Assembly (NCBI GenBank): GCA_019235245.1
Contig: JAFAKO010000099.1
Span: forward strand, 1 to 59,064
Direction of reading: 5' to 3'
From: Gammaproteobacteria bacterium
GTDB taxonomy: Bacteria > Pseudomonadota > Gammaproteobacteria > Steroidobacterales > Steroidobacteraceae
DNA: 59,064 bases
The number at the start of each line of letters is the position of its first letter. Positions within the stretch are counted from its first letter, which is position 1. Both the position numbers and the translations under genes were made by a program. The notes beneath the pieces were generated by a model. That model had not been told where the DNA came from, made no database searches, and saw nothing but the letters and a program-made list of their open reading frames with translations. Of this stretch, positions 8,818-17,980 are shown piece by piece.

Positions 8818-9522
8818 ATGAGGCCAGCAGCTCGCACAACCCTGACCGCCCTGTGCGCGGGGGCGGCGTGCTGGCCGGCGCTGAGCTCCGCACAGCCTCC
8901 GGGCGAGGCAACCACCCCAGCGACCAGCTATGTGCGGCGGCTGGAGGGTGCGCTTCTTCTCCAGACGCTCAATGCGGAGCTGCTGAGTCACGACAGCGCG
9001 AGCGTGACGCTCCAGCACTGGTGCGAGGCACATCATCTCGCCTCGTCGGCGCGCATCACGGCCGAGAGAGTGCACGAGGCTGACAAGCCGATCACGGACA
9101 TCCAGCGGCAACGGCTGCGCATCGGCGCTGCCGATGCGGTGCGCTATCGGCGCGTCCGGCTGCGCTGCGGCACGGTAACGCTGTCGGAAGCCGACAACTG
9201 GTACGTCCCGGCGCGCCTGACGCCGCAGATGAATCAGCTGCTGGAGAGCACCGATACGCCCTTCGGCATCGTCGTGCAGCCGCTGCACTTCCAGCGTCAC
9301 ACCATTGCCGCGGAGGTCTTGTGGCAGGCGCTGCCCGAGGGGTGGGAGATGACCCCGCCGGCGGCGGCGGATGCGGTGAGTGAGCCGTGCTTCCCGGCAC
9401 AGGTGCTGCAGCACCGTGCGCTGCTCACGCTGCCCGATGGCACACCATTCAGCGAGGTCGTCGAAACCTACACGAGCAGCGTGCTGAGCGTGCCGCGGCT
9501 GGCGCCCGCACACAGCTGTTGA
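8818..9522 (+). CDS. exported hypothetical protein, possibly chorismate-lyase/UTRA-like fold
   Basis: Starts 12 nt after the ferritin-like gene. Signal peptide (ALCAGAACWPALSSAQ). The RYRRVRLRCG..LSEADNWYVP..TPFG pattern resembles the UbiC/DUF98 family. Family assignment is from memory and unverified. Confidence 0.5.
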   Translation: MRPAARTTLTALCAGAACWPALSSAQPPGEATTPATSYVRRLEGALLLQTLNAELLSHDSASVTLQHWCEAHHLASSARITAERVHEADKPITDIQRQRLRIGAADAVRYRRVRLRCGTVTLSEADNWYVPARLTPQMNQLLESTDTPFGIVVQPLHFQRHTIAAEVLWQALPEGWEMTPPAAADAVSEPCFPAQVLQHRALLTLPDGTPFSEVVETYTSSVLSVPRLAPAHSC

Positions 9523-9602
9523 CGGCCTGCGCCGCCGTCCGGCTTGCAATCGCCGCGCGCGCGGCTGCATGCTGCGCGATCAACAACAACACGGCGCGCC
9601 CC

Positions 9603-11618
9603 ATGACAAGACTCCTGTGCCTCGCGCTCGCCCTGCTCTCGTGCGCCAGCTTCTCGCTGGCGGCTGACGCGCCACCGGCGATCGCCGCGGCCTTGCAGGC
9701 GCTCGAATCGGTTCATGCGCTCACGGAAGTCGCGCTCTCCCCGGACGGCCGGCAGCTGGTCTACGGCACCAGCCTCACCGGAAGCCGTGGCGGGAATGAG
9801 GTCGAGGTGTCGGCGCTCTTCCTCGCCGATGCGCACGACGGCTCGCACGTGGTACGCCTGACCGCCTGTCCCGGCACGGCATGCGATGAGCACAGTGTTG
9901 CCTGGTCACCCGACGGCACCCGGATCGCGTTCGTCACCACCGATGCCTCCGAGCAACCGCAGCTCGCGCTCGCGAATGCCAGCGGCGGCGCCGTGCATAC
10001 CCTCACTCGAGCGCACGGCCCGCTCGACACCCCGCGCTGGTCTCCCGATGGCAAGCGCCTCGGCTTCCTGTACGCAGTGGGAGCGCCCCGGACCCCCGGT
10101 CCGCTCCACCCGCTGGCGCGCGATGCGGGCGTGCTCACCGAGACGGTCTACGAGCAGCGCCTCGCGGTCATCGCCGCGGGCGGTGGCGAGCCGGCGCTGC
10201 TGGGGCCGGCCGATCTCAATATCTACGAGTACGACTGGTCGCCCGACGGGCGGCGCTTCGTCGTGAGTGCCGCGCACGGATCCGGCGATGACAACTGGTG
10301 GCTGGCCGAGCTGTACCTGCTCGACGCGCACAGCGGCACGCTCACCCCGCTCGTAAAACCGGCGCTGCAGATCGCCTCGCCGCGCTGGTCGGGAGATGGG
10401 CGTCGCATCGCCTATATCAGCGGCATCATGAGCGATGAGGGGATCACGGGCGGTGACGTATACGTCCTCCCCGTAAGCAGTGGCACCCCGGTGAACGTCA
10501 CGCCGGGCCTGAAGATTTCGGTGCAGACCATCACCTGGAACGGATCGAGCAAGGACCTGATCGCGACCGGGTTCGCCGCCGGCGAGGGGGTGCTGGCCAC
10601 CATCGACGTCGATGCGAAGTCGCAGCAGGAGCTCTGGCGCGCCCCGCAGATGATCTGGAGCAATACCCTGGCCGGCCTCACACCCGGCGATGCCGGGGTG
10701 GCGCTCTCGCGCGATGGCCGCTTCTCGGCCGTCATCCGCCAGTCTTACACCTCACCGCCCGAGGTCGAGACCGGGCCGCCCGGTCAATGGAAGCCGATCA
10801 CCCGCCTCAACCAGGCGGTGCGCCCGCTCACCGGTAAAGCCAGCAACATTCACTGGCGCAGCGATAACTTCGAGGTGCAGGGCATGCTGATCGCACCCCC
10901 CAGTGTCACACCCGGTGCGAAGTATCCGCTCGTCGTCAAGATCCATGGCGGCCCGGCACACGCCCATTACCCGCTCTTCCCCGCGAGCCCGGACTCCTAC
11001 GACGCCGTCCTCGCCAACCAGGGATACTTCGTCTTCAAGCCGAACCCCCGCGGCAGCTACGGTCAGGGCGAGGCGTTCGCGCAGGCCAACGTCAAGGACT
11101 TCGGTTACGGCGATCTGCGGGACGTGCTGAGCGGCATCGACGCCGTCGAGCGCAGCGCACCGGTCGATCCCGCGCGCGTCGGGATCTGCGGCTGGAGCTA
11201 CGGCGGCTACATGACCATGTGGGCGCTAACCCAGACCGATCGCTTCAAGGCGGCGGTCGCCGGCGCGGGACTCTCCGACTGGCTGAGCTACTACGGCACC
11301 AACAACATCGACACCTGGATGATTCCGTACTTCGGCGCCTCGGTGTACGACGATCCCAAGGTGTACGAGCGCAGCTCACCAATCACCTTCATCAGGAAGG
11401 TGCGCACGCCGACGCTGCTGGTCGCTGGCGACCGGGATGCCGAAGTGCCGATCACCCAGTCGTACGAGTACTGGAACGCCCTGCGGCGGTTCGGAGTGAA
11501 GACGGAGTTCGTCGTCTACCCCGATGAGGGTCACGACTTCTTCAAGCGCAGCGACCAGATCGACGTCATGGAGCGCATCGTCGGCTGGTTCAACGCCTAC
11601 CTCAAGCCCTCGGGTTAG
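9603..11618 (+). CDS. S9 family serine peptidase (prolyl oligopeptidase / acylaminoacyl-peptidase type), exported
   Basis: ATG 9603 gives the signal peptide MTRLLCLALALLSCASFSLA. N-terminal WSPDG-repeat beta-propeller. Catalytic GWSYGGYM nucleophile elbow, with downstream Asp and His (PDEGHDF). Confidence 0.9.
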   Translation: MTRLLCLALALLSCASFSLAADAPPAIAAALQALESVHALTEVALSPDGRQLVYGTSLTGSRGGNEVEVSALFLADAHDGSHVVRLTACPGTACDEHSVAWSPDGTRIAFVTTDASEQPQLALANASGGAVHTLTRAHGPLDTPRWSPDGKRLGFLYAVGAPRTPGPLHPLARDAGVLTETVYEQRLAVIAAGGGEPALLGPADLNIYEYDWSPDGRRFVVSAAHGSGDDNWWLAELYLLDAHSGTLTPLVKPALQIASPRWSGDGRRIAYISGIMSDEGITGGDVYVLPVSSGTPVNVTPGLKISVQTITWNGSSKDLIATGFAAGEGVLATIDVDAKSQQELWRAPQMIWSNTLAGLTPGDAGVALSRDGRFSAVIRQSYTSPPEVETGPPGQWKPITRLNQAVRPLTGKASNIHWRSDNFEVQGMLIAPPSVTPGAKYPLVVKIHGGPAHAHYPLFPASPDSYDAVLANQGYFVFKPNPRGSYGQGEAFAQANVKDFGYGDLRDVLSGIDAVERSAPVDPARVGICGWSYGGYMTMWALTQTDRFKAAVAGAGLSDWLSYYGTNNIDTWMIPYFGASVYDDPKVYERSSPITFIRKVRTPTLLVAGDRDAEVPITQSYEYWNALRRFGVKTEFVVYPDEGHDFFKRSDQIDVMERIVGWFNAYLKPSG

Positions 11619-11628
11619 CGCGCGCCGC

Positions 11629-12324
11629 TCACCAGGGAAACTCGCGCCCGTCGTAGTTGTAGAAGCGGCCGGAGTCCGCGCGCGTCAGCTTGCCGATCAG
11701 GCGGCGCATGGCGCTGACGCTCTGCTCGGGTGTGAGCTTCGCGTTGGAGCCGCCCATGTCGGTCTTCACCCAGCCGGGGTTCACCACGACACAGGTGATT
11801 CCCCGGGACTGGAGATCGATCGCGGCGGTACGCATGACCATGTTCACCGCAGCCTTCGAGGTTCGATAGAGCAGGTAGCCGCCGGAGGTGTTGTCGGCGA
11901 GCGAGCCCATGCCGCTCGTGATCGTCAGCATGATCCGGCGCTCGCTCCGCGCCACCTGCTCGAGAAACGCCTCGCACATGCGCGCCGGGCCGAGGAGGTT
12001 CGTCTCGAGGACCTCCATCCAGTCGTCGTAGTCCAGTGAGCCGATGCCCTGGCCGGTGCCGCCGAAAATCCCGGCGCCGTTTATGAGAACGTCGATGCGG
12101 TGACCCTTGAGCGCGGCGGCTGCCCGCTTGACGCTCGCGGTATCGGCCACATCGATCTCGGTGACACGCAACGCACCTGGCGGGTGGGCGGCGAGATCCT
12201 TCAACGCCCGCGCCACACCCGGGTTGCGGCAGGCGGCGATCACCTCCCAACCCTCTGCGAGGTACTGGCGGGTGAATTCCAGTCCCAACCCGCGGTTTGC
12301 ACCGGTGACGAGTAGCGTCGGCAT
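11629..12324 (-). CDS. short-chain dehydrogenase/reductase (SDR)
   Basis: TGANRGLG cofactor motif and YRTSKAA catalytic YxxxK. Lies 27 nt downstream of the ADH gene on the same strand. Confidence 0.9.
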   Translation of the reverse strand: MPTLLVTGANRGLGLEFTRQYLAEGWEVIAACRNPGVARALKDLAAHPPGALRVTEIDVADTASVKRAAAALKGHRIDVLINGAGIFGGTGQGIGSLDYDDWMEVLETNLLGPARMCEAFLEQVARSERRIMLTITSGMGSLADNTSGGYLLYRTSKAAVNMVMRTAAIDLQSRGITCVVVNPGWVKTDMGGSNAKLTPEQSVSAMRRLIGKLTRADSGRFYNYDGREFPW

Positions 12325-12351
12325 GGTGATCCTTTCTCGCGCGCTGCGCGC

Positions 12352-13386
12352 TCAGGGCTTGATCATGACTTTGAGCGCCGTGCGCTCATCCATCGCGCGG
12401 TAACCTGCGGGGACTTCCTCCAGGGCGATCACGCGGTCGAACACTCTGCCGGGCTCGATGCGGCCTTCGAGGATGTCGGCGAGCAATTCCTCCATGTATG
12501 CCCGCACCGGCGCCGGGCCGCCGCTCACGGTGATGTTGCTGTAGAACATCGGTCCGCCGGCGGCGATCTCTTCGTAGTGCGGCACGCCGACGCGCCCGAT
12601 CGCGCCGCCCGCGCGCACCAGTTGCAGCGCCGTCGTCATCGCCTCCTCCGAGCCGACGCATTCGAGGACCGAGTGCGCGCCGTAGCCGCGCGTGAGCTTA
12701 CGCACCTGCTCGAGAGCATCCCCGCCGCGCTCCGTCACGATGTCGGTCGCGCCGAACTCCCTGGCGAGTGCGATGCGGTCCGGGTGGCGGCCGAGGACGA
12801 TGATCTGTTCCGCGCCCAGGCGTTTCGCGGCGATCACCCCGCACAAGCCGACGGCGCCGTCGCCGATCACCGCCACCGCGGCGCCATCGTGCACCCTGGC
12901 GCAGACCGCGGCGTGGTGGCCGGTGCCCATCACGTCCGAGAGGCTGAGCAGCGATGGCAGCAGACTGTCATCTCCCGCGGTTCCCGGCGCAAACAACGTC
13001 CCGTCCGCCTGCGGAACGCGTAACGCCTCGGCTTGCGCGCCCCCTGCCTCGCCGATGCCAAAGAACCCGCCATGAATACAGGAGGTCTGCAGTCCCGCCT
13101 CGCAGAAGGTGCACGTGCCGTCGGAGTACGCAAAGGGCATGATCACGAGGTCGCCGCGCTTCACGCTGCGCACCTGCGCGCCAACCGCCTGCACAATCCC
13201 GATCGCCTCATGCCCCATCGGGCGGCCGGTCGGCGCGGCCGGCAGCTCCTTGTAGGGCCACAGGTCGCTGCCGCAGATGCAGGCGCGGCTGACGGTCATT
13301 AGGGCATCGGTGGGCTCGGCCAGTTGCGGATCGCGGACGTTCTCGACGCGGACGTCGCCCGCGCCGTACATGAGGGTTGCGCGCAT
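12352..13386 (-). CDS. zinc-dependent alcohol dehydrogenase family protein
   Basis: Start at ATG 13386 (MRATLMYGAGDVRVE). Zn-ligand motifs CICGSDLW and GHEAIG. Rossmann motif VIGDGAVG. Confidence 0.9.
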   Translation of the reverse strand: MRATLMYGAGDVRVENVRDPQLAEPTDALMTVSRACICGSDLWPYKELPAAPTGRPMGHEAIGIVQAVGAQVRSVKRGDLVIMPFAYSDGTCTFCEAGLQTSCIHGGFFGIGEAGGAQAEALRVPQADGTLFAPGTAGDDSLLPSLLSLSDVMGTGHHAAVCARVHDGAAVAVIGDGAVGLCGVIAAKRLGAEQIIVLGRHPDRIALAREFGATDIVTERGGDALEQVRKLTRGYGAHSVLECVGSEEAMTTALQLVRAGGAIGRVGVPHYEEIAAGGPMFYSNITVSGGPAPVRAYMEELLADILEGRIEPGRVFDRVIALEEVPAGYRAMDERTALKVMIKP

Positions 13387-13587
13387 GGAAGCTACCTCGC
13401 GCCTGCTGTATGCCGAAGCGGCTGCGGCGCAATCATAAATGCCATTGCGCTTCGTCGCCTCCTCCCTGTTGTACGGCTCACGCCAGCGTTGCGCAGGAAC
13501 CGACCTACGGGTCAACCACCACATCACCGGTGCCGCCTGCTCGGTGTCGGAAGGGATCATTGTGTCTCGCAACAATGGAGGTGTGAG

Positions 13588-13896
13588 ATGGCCAATGAGT
13601 CTTCGCAACGTGGCGGCTCGGGCAACTTCGCCAACGACCCCGCTCGGGCGAGCGAGGCGGGCCGCAAGGGTGGCCAGCAGTCCGGCGGTAACTTCGCCAA
13701 CGACCCGCAGCGGGCGAGCGAGGCGGGCCGCAAGGGCGGTCAGCAGTCCGGTGGCAACTTCGCCAACGACCCGCAGCGTGCCAGCGAAGCCGGCCGCAAG
13801 GGCGGTCAGCAGTCCGGTGGCAATTTCGCCAACGACCCGCAGCGCGCCAGCGAAGCCGGCCGCAAGGGTGGAGCATCCCGGGGCGGCAATCGCTGA
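13588..13896 (+). CDS. KGG-repeat general stress protein (YciG-like)
   Basis: GGAGGTG RBS 5 nt upstream of ATG 13588. Four tandem 20-aa units GNFANDPxRASEAGRKGGQQSG. Confidence 0.85.
   Translation: MANESSQRGGSGNFANDPARASEAGRKGGQQSGGNFANDPQRASEAGRKGGQQSGGNFANDPQRASEAGRKGGQQSGGNFANDPQRASEAGRKGGASRGGNR
13621..13860 (+). repeat. four tandem 60-bp repeats inside the KGG-repeat gene
   Basis: Near-identical 60-bp units, differing mainly at synonymous positions. Confidence 0.9.
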
Positions 13897-13912
13897 GTCG
13901 TGACCCCTGTGA

Positions 13913-13941
13913 GCCGGCAGTCAGCGACTGGGGCTGCCGGC
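13913..13941. terminator. hairpin between convergent genes (candidate bidirectional terminator)
   Basis: GCCGGCAG (13913-13920) pairs with CTGCCGGC (13934-13941) around a 13-nt loop. It overlaps the permease stop codon. There is no clear U-tract. Confidence 0.4.
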
Positions 13942-15327
13942 GCGCGGGGCCGCGTACACGGTGGCGGCCGGGCGCCGGAAGACCAGGTAAGCGAGCAGCG
14001 CCACCGACATCGAGATCACACTGGTCCAGAACTCCGCCCGGTGCGAGGGCGTCACCGCCATGGCGATCAGCACCGCGAGCACGCCGGCGACCGCGAGGTA
14101 GCTCAGCCAGGGAAACATCCACATCGGCAGCGCCGGTACTGAGCCCGCCGCATCGCGGGCCTTGCGGGTGCGGATCTGCGAGACCGCGATCGCCAGGTAG
14201 ATCACGGCGATGATGGCGCCGGAGGAATTCACCAGGAAGGCGAACACCACGCTCGGCGACAGGATCGCCGCGATCACGCCCGCGAATCCGACCACGCTTG
14301 CAAGCAGCACCGCGCGGGCCGGTACGTGCCGTTTGTTGGTCCGCACCAGCCAACGCGGCGCATCGCCGCGGCTGGCGAGCACGAACAGCACGCGCGAGGC
14401 GATATAGAAGGATGAATTGAGGCACGACAGCACGGCGGTCAGGATCACCGCCGCCATGAAGGTGCTGGCGTATGGGAAGTGAATGTGGTCGAGAGCGAGT
14501 GTGAAGGGCGACTGCCCCGCCACCACCTCCGTCCAGGGCACGACGCAGGTGATCACGAAGATCGAGCCGACGTAGAAGATGACGATGCGGCTGATGATGC
14601 TCGAGGTCATGCGCGCGACCGCGCGTGCCGGCTCGGGCGATTCCGCAGCCGCGATCGTGACCACCTCCGCCCCCATCATCGACCAGATGACGGTGGTCAC
14701 CGCCGCCAGCACCGCGAACCAGCCGCGCGGTGCGAAGCCCCCGTACGCCGTGAGGGTCGAGAAGGTCGGCCCGGCCGGGGAGCGATAGCCGCAGGCATAG
14801 GCACCGACCGCGATGATGAACGTGATGATCGCCACCACCTTGATGGAGGAGAACCAGAACTCGAACTCGCCGTAGGCGCGGGCTGACATGAGGTTCACCG
14901 CCGTCATGAGCAGCATCAGCGCGGTGCCGATCTGCCAGGCGGGCCACGGCAGCCAGCGCTGGATGATGCCGGCGCCGGCGATCGCCTCGACCGGGATGAC
15001 GATCACCCAGAAGTACCAGTAGAGCCAGCCGATCGAGAACCCGGCCCAGTTACCGAGCGCGGCGCGCGTGAATTCCGTGAACGAGCGGACCTCCGGCATC
15101 TCCACGGCCATCTCGCCCAGCATGCGCATCACCAGCAGGATCAGCAACCCGGTGAGCACATAGCTCACGATGATCGCCGGCCCCGCCGCGGCGATGGCCA
15201 CACTGCTGCCGACGAACAGGCCCGCGCCGATGATGCCGCCGATGGTGATCATCGCCACGTGGCGCGGCCGCAGCGAGCGGCTGAGTGCGGGCTGATCCGC
15301 CGGCAGGGCGGCCGTGAGGTCATTCAT
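13921..15327 (-). CDS. amino acid permease (APC superfamily)
   Basis: Start at ATG 15327 (MNDLTAAL). RHVAMITIGGIIGAGLFVGSS signature and about 12 hydrophobic segments. Confidence 0.9.
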   Translation of the reverse strand: MNDLTAALPADQPALSRSLRPRHVAMITIGGIIGAGLFVGSSVAIAAAGPAIIVSYVLTGLLILLVMRMLGEMAVEMPEVRSFTEFTRAALGNWAGFSIGWLYWYFWVIVIPVEAIAGAGIIQRWLPWPAWQIGTALMLLMTAVNLMSARAYGEFEFWFSSIKVVAIITFIIAVGAYACGYRSPAGPTFSTLTAYGGFAPRGWFAVLAAVTTVIWSMMGAEVVTIAAAESPEPARAVARMTSSIISRIVIFYVGSIFVITCVVPWTEVVAGQSPFTLALDHIHFPYASTFMAAVILTAVLSCLNSSFYIASRVLFVLASRGDAPRWLVRTNKRHVPARAVLLASVVGFAGVIAAILSPSVVFAFLVNSSGAIIAVIYLAIAVSQIRTRKARDAAGSVPALPMWMFPWLSYLAVAGVLAVLIAMAVTPSHRAEFWTSVISMSVALLAYLVFRRPAATVYAAPRAGSPSR

Positions 15328-15362
15328 CGCACATCGAGTATACGGGCGATGGCGCGGCGCCG

Positions 15363-16013
15363 CTAACCGCCGAGCAGCCCCGCCGAGACATTCACGGCGA
15401 ACCCGAGGATCGACACGTTGAAGAGGAAGGAGATCAGCGTCTGCGCCGTGACCACGCGGCGGATGGCCAGGTGGCGTGTGTACACGTCCGATGTCTGGCA
15501 GGCGGCGGCGATGGTGAACGAGAAGTAGATGAAGTCTCCGAACACCGGCTGCGGCGTCTGCGGAAACTGCAGCGGCGGATCCTCCAGCGCGCGGTAGAAC
15601 ATGCTCGCGTAGTGGAGCGTGAACATGGTCGCAACGAGTATCCACGAGTCGACCACGGTCGCGGTCGCGAGCGACACGTGCAGCACTCGCTCGGTGCTCG
15701 TCGCGTGTTTGACGGTTGCCAGGAACGCCAGGATCGCGGCGAGACTTGCGACTGCCGCGATGGTCACGATGAGCAGGATGACCGGCGCCGAGGGATCATC
15801 GTCCTGGTAGCGGGCATGGATGCGCCGGGCGTCGAGACCGAGCATCCAGCTGTACACGAGGATGAGGAACAGCAGCACCCCGACGTTCCAGGCGGTCAGG
15901 AGCCGTGCCAGCAACGACCATTGCGCCGGGGCCGCGAGGAACATCACGACGCCGGCGATCGTCCCCAGCCAGAGCCTGGTGTGACGGACGGTGGCGTTAC
16001 GAAGGTGCCCCAA
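15363..16013 (-). CDS. DUF1345-family membrane protein
   Basis: The C-terminal 193 aa form a multi-pass membrane protein (FGDFIYFSFTIAAACQTSDV). The first TM begins before the first Met, so I prefer TTG 16013. The alternative ATG is at 15944. The 646-aa track ORF is an artefactual extension. Confidence 0.65.
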   Translation of the reverse strand: MGHLRNATVRHTRLWLGTIAGVVMFLAAPAQWSLLARLLTAWNVGVLLFLILVYSWMLGLDARRIHARYQDDDPSAPVILLIVTIAAVASLAAILAFLATVKHATSTERVLHVSLATATVVDSWILVATMFTLHYASMFYRALEDPPLQFPQTPQPVFGDFIYFSFTIAAACQTSDVYTRHLAIRRVVTAQTLISFLFNVSILGFAVNVSAGLLGG

Positions 16014-16151
16014 CGCATTTTTCCTGCCCGGGCGACGCCGGGAAGTGTAGCGGGTCGGCAGCCGGTGCGAACCCCGCGGCCGGCGAGGTTGCGGGGATCG
16101 CTCGCTGGTGAGTATGGTGGCCCTCCTTCCCCAGGCCAGGGAGACCGTGCC

Positions 16152-16988
16152 GTGTCCTCCACCAAGCGAACCCCGCTCGCACTGCTGCTGTTGTTGACCA
16201 TCGTCGCCGCTGCCGATGTCTGGGCTGCGGACGCCACCTCCGACGGGCTCGCTGCCGCGATCGCGAGCAACGCGCGCACCCCGAAATTCATCGCGCGCGA
16301 CAAGTACCGCCATCCGCTCGAGACCCTGCACTTCTTCGGGCTGCGGCCGGACCAGACGGTGGTGGAGATCTGGCCCGGCGGCGGATGGTACATGGAGATC
16401 CTCGCGCCGTATCTGCGCGATCACGGGCACTACTACGCCGCCATCGAGCCGCCGGAGCTGAGCAGCGACTCGAAGGAAGCCACGGAGTTGGCGGGCGTCA
16501 TCCGCAAGCGCATCGCGGACGACCCGACTCATTTCGGCAAGGTGACGGTCACGGAGTTGCACGCGCCGCAGCGCACCGAGATCTGCCCCGCGGGCACCGC
16601 GGACCTCGTGCTGACCTTCCGCAACGTGCACAACTGGATCGAGGAGGGCAACCAGCAGCAGCAGTTCGATGCCTTCTTCAAGGCGCTCAAGCCCGGCGGC
16701 GTCCTCGGGGTCGTCGAACACCGGGCAAAGCCCGGCGTCAGCCTCGCCGAGATGAACAAGTCCGGCTACGTCGATGAGGCCTACGTGAAGAAGCTCGCGA
16801 CCACGGCCGGCTTCAAGTTCGCCGGGGCGTCCCCGGTGAACGACAATCCGCGCGACACCAAGGACTATCCCAAGGGCGTGTGGACGCTGCCCCCGACGCT
16901 CACACTCGGTGACCAGGACCGGGAGAAGTACCTGGCGATCGGCGAGTCCGACCGCATGACGCTGAAATTCGTGAAGCCCGCAGGCTGA
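16152..16988 (+). CDS. class I SAM-dependent methyltransferase with N-terminal signal peptide
   Basis: GTG 16152 is preceded by GGGAGA. Signal peptide (LALLLLLTIVAAADVWA). VVEIWPGGGWY SAM-binding motif and LKPGGVLGVVEH motif. Confidence 0.8.
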   Translation: MSSTKRTPLALLLLLTIVAAADVWAADATSDGLAAAIASNARTPKFIARDKYRHPLETLHFFGLRPDQTVVEIWPGGGWYMEILAPYLRDHGHYYAAIEPPELSSDSKEATELAGVIRKRIADDPTHFGKVTVTELHAPQRTEICPAGTADLVLTFRNVHNWIEEGNQQQQFDAFFKALKPGGVLGVVEHRAKPGVSLAEMNKSGYVDEAYVKKLATTAGFKFAGASPVNDNPRDTKDYPKGVWTLPPTLTLGDQDREKYLAIGESDRMTLKFVKPAG

Positions 16989-16996
16989 CGGCCCGC

Positions 16997-17980
16997 TCAA
17001 CCCCAGAGCGCGCGCTCGGGCGGGTGCATGCGTGCCCCCTCGTAGCGGATCGGCGGGGAGTGATCGAGGCGCTGCAGCAGCGGTCCGTCGAGATCGACGT
17101 GGCGGCAGCGCTGCGCGATGAGAAAGGCCGGCGCCATGGCCAGCGAGCTGCCACACATGTTGCCGACCATGAGGCCGAGACCGCGGCGGTGCGCCTCGGC
17201 GGACATGGCGAGCGCCTCGGTGAGGCCACCGCACTTGTCGAGCTTGATGTTGATGTACTGGTAGCGGCCGACCAGCGCTGCGAGCGAATCGCGATCCGTG
17301 CACGACTCATCGGCAGCGAGCGGTACGCCGGTCACGAGCCCGTCGAGGGAAGCATCCTCGCCGCGCGCGACCGGCTGCTCGATGAGCCCGACGCCGAGCC
17401 GCTGCAGCTGCGGCAGGAGTCGCTCCAGCTGGGCGCGTGACCACGCCTGGTTGGCATCGACCAGAAGCTGCGCCGTCGGTCGTTCCTCGCGCACGATGCG
17501 CACCACGTCCACGTGCCGCTCGGCATCGAGTTTGAGCTTGAGTATCGGATAGGGTGCGGCCTCACGCGCCCGCCGGCGGGTATCGGCTTCGCTGCCAAGT
17601 CCAATGGTGAAGTCGGTGGTGACGGGATGCAGTGCGCCGAGGCCCGCGGTGGCAGCGGCCGGCACCGAGCTCTCCTTGGCTCGCAGGTCCCAGAGAGCGC
17701 AGTCGAGCGCATTGCGCGCCCCGCCCGCCGGCAGCAGCCGCAGGAGATCCTCACCGCGGATGTCATCGCGCAGCTGGCTCTCGATGCTCTCGAGCTGGGC
17801 CGCCATGCCTGCCGGCGTCTCGCCGTCGTAGTCGACGCCGGCCGCTTCCGCGCGGCCGCGGGCACCGTTCTTTCCGGTGAGCTCGAGGAAGAGCACGGGG
17901 AGCCTATCGATGCAATCGCGTGCCGTCGCAAAGGGCTCGCGCAGCTCCCAGCTGTCGAGACGCGTGCTGACAGCAATCAT
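16997..17980 (-). CDS. dgcA: enolase-superfamily dipeptide epimerase / N-acetyl-D-Glu racemase (DgcA-like)
   Basis: Enolase-superfamily landmarks KLKLD, DANQAW, LIEQP, ADES and KLDKCGG. Its ATG overlaps the stop of the DUF1611 gene (ATGA at 17977-17980). Confidence 0.8.
   Translation of the reverse strand: MIAVSTRLDSWELREPFATARDCIDRLPVLFLELTGKNGARGRAEAAGVDYDGETPAGMAAQLESIESQLRDDIRGEDLLRLLPAGGARNALDCALWDLRAKESSVPAAATAGLGALHPVTTDFTIGLGSEADTRRRAREAAPYPILKLKLDAERHVDVVRIVREERPTAQLLVDANQAWSRAQLERLLPQLQRLGVGLIEQPVARGEDASLDGLVTGVPLAADESCTDRDSLAALVGRYQYINIKLDKCGGLTEALAMSAEAHRRGLGLMVGNMCGSSLAMAPAFLIAQRCRHVDLDGPLLQRLDHSPPIRYEGARMHPPERALWG

Noticed and set aside
13496-13516. GGAAC ... TCAAC upstream of the KGG stress gene as an ECF/RpoE-type promoter
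   Set aside because: The spacer is only about 11 nt, much shorter than the roughly 16-17 nt of ECF-type promoters, and no CGTT-type -10 is at the right distance.
15945-17303. N-terminal 450-aa extension of the DUF1345 ORF, and the similar 5' extension of the plus-strand ORF 15471..16151
   Set aside because: The extensions are low-complexity and overlap better-supported genes (the methyltransferase with signal peptide and RBS, and dgcA). The real proteins begin near their first TM helix or signal peptide.
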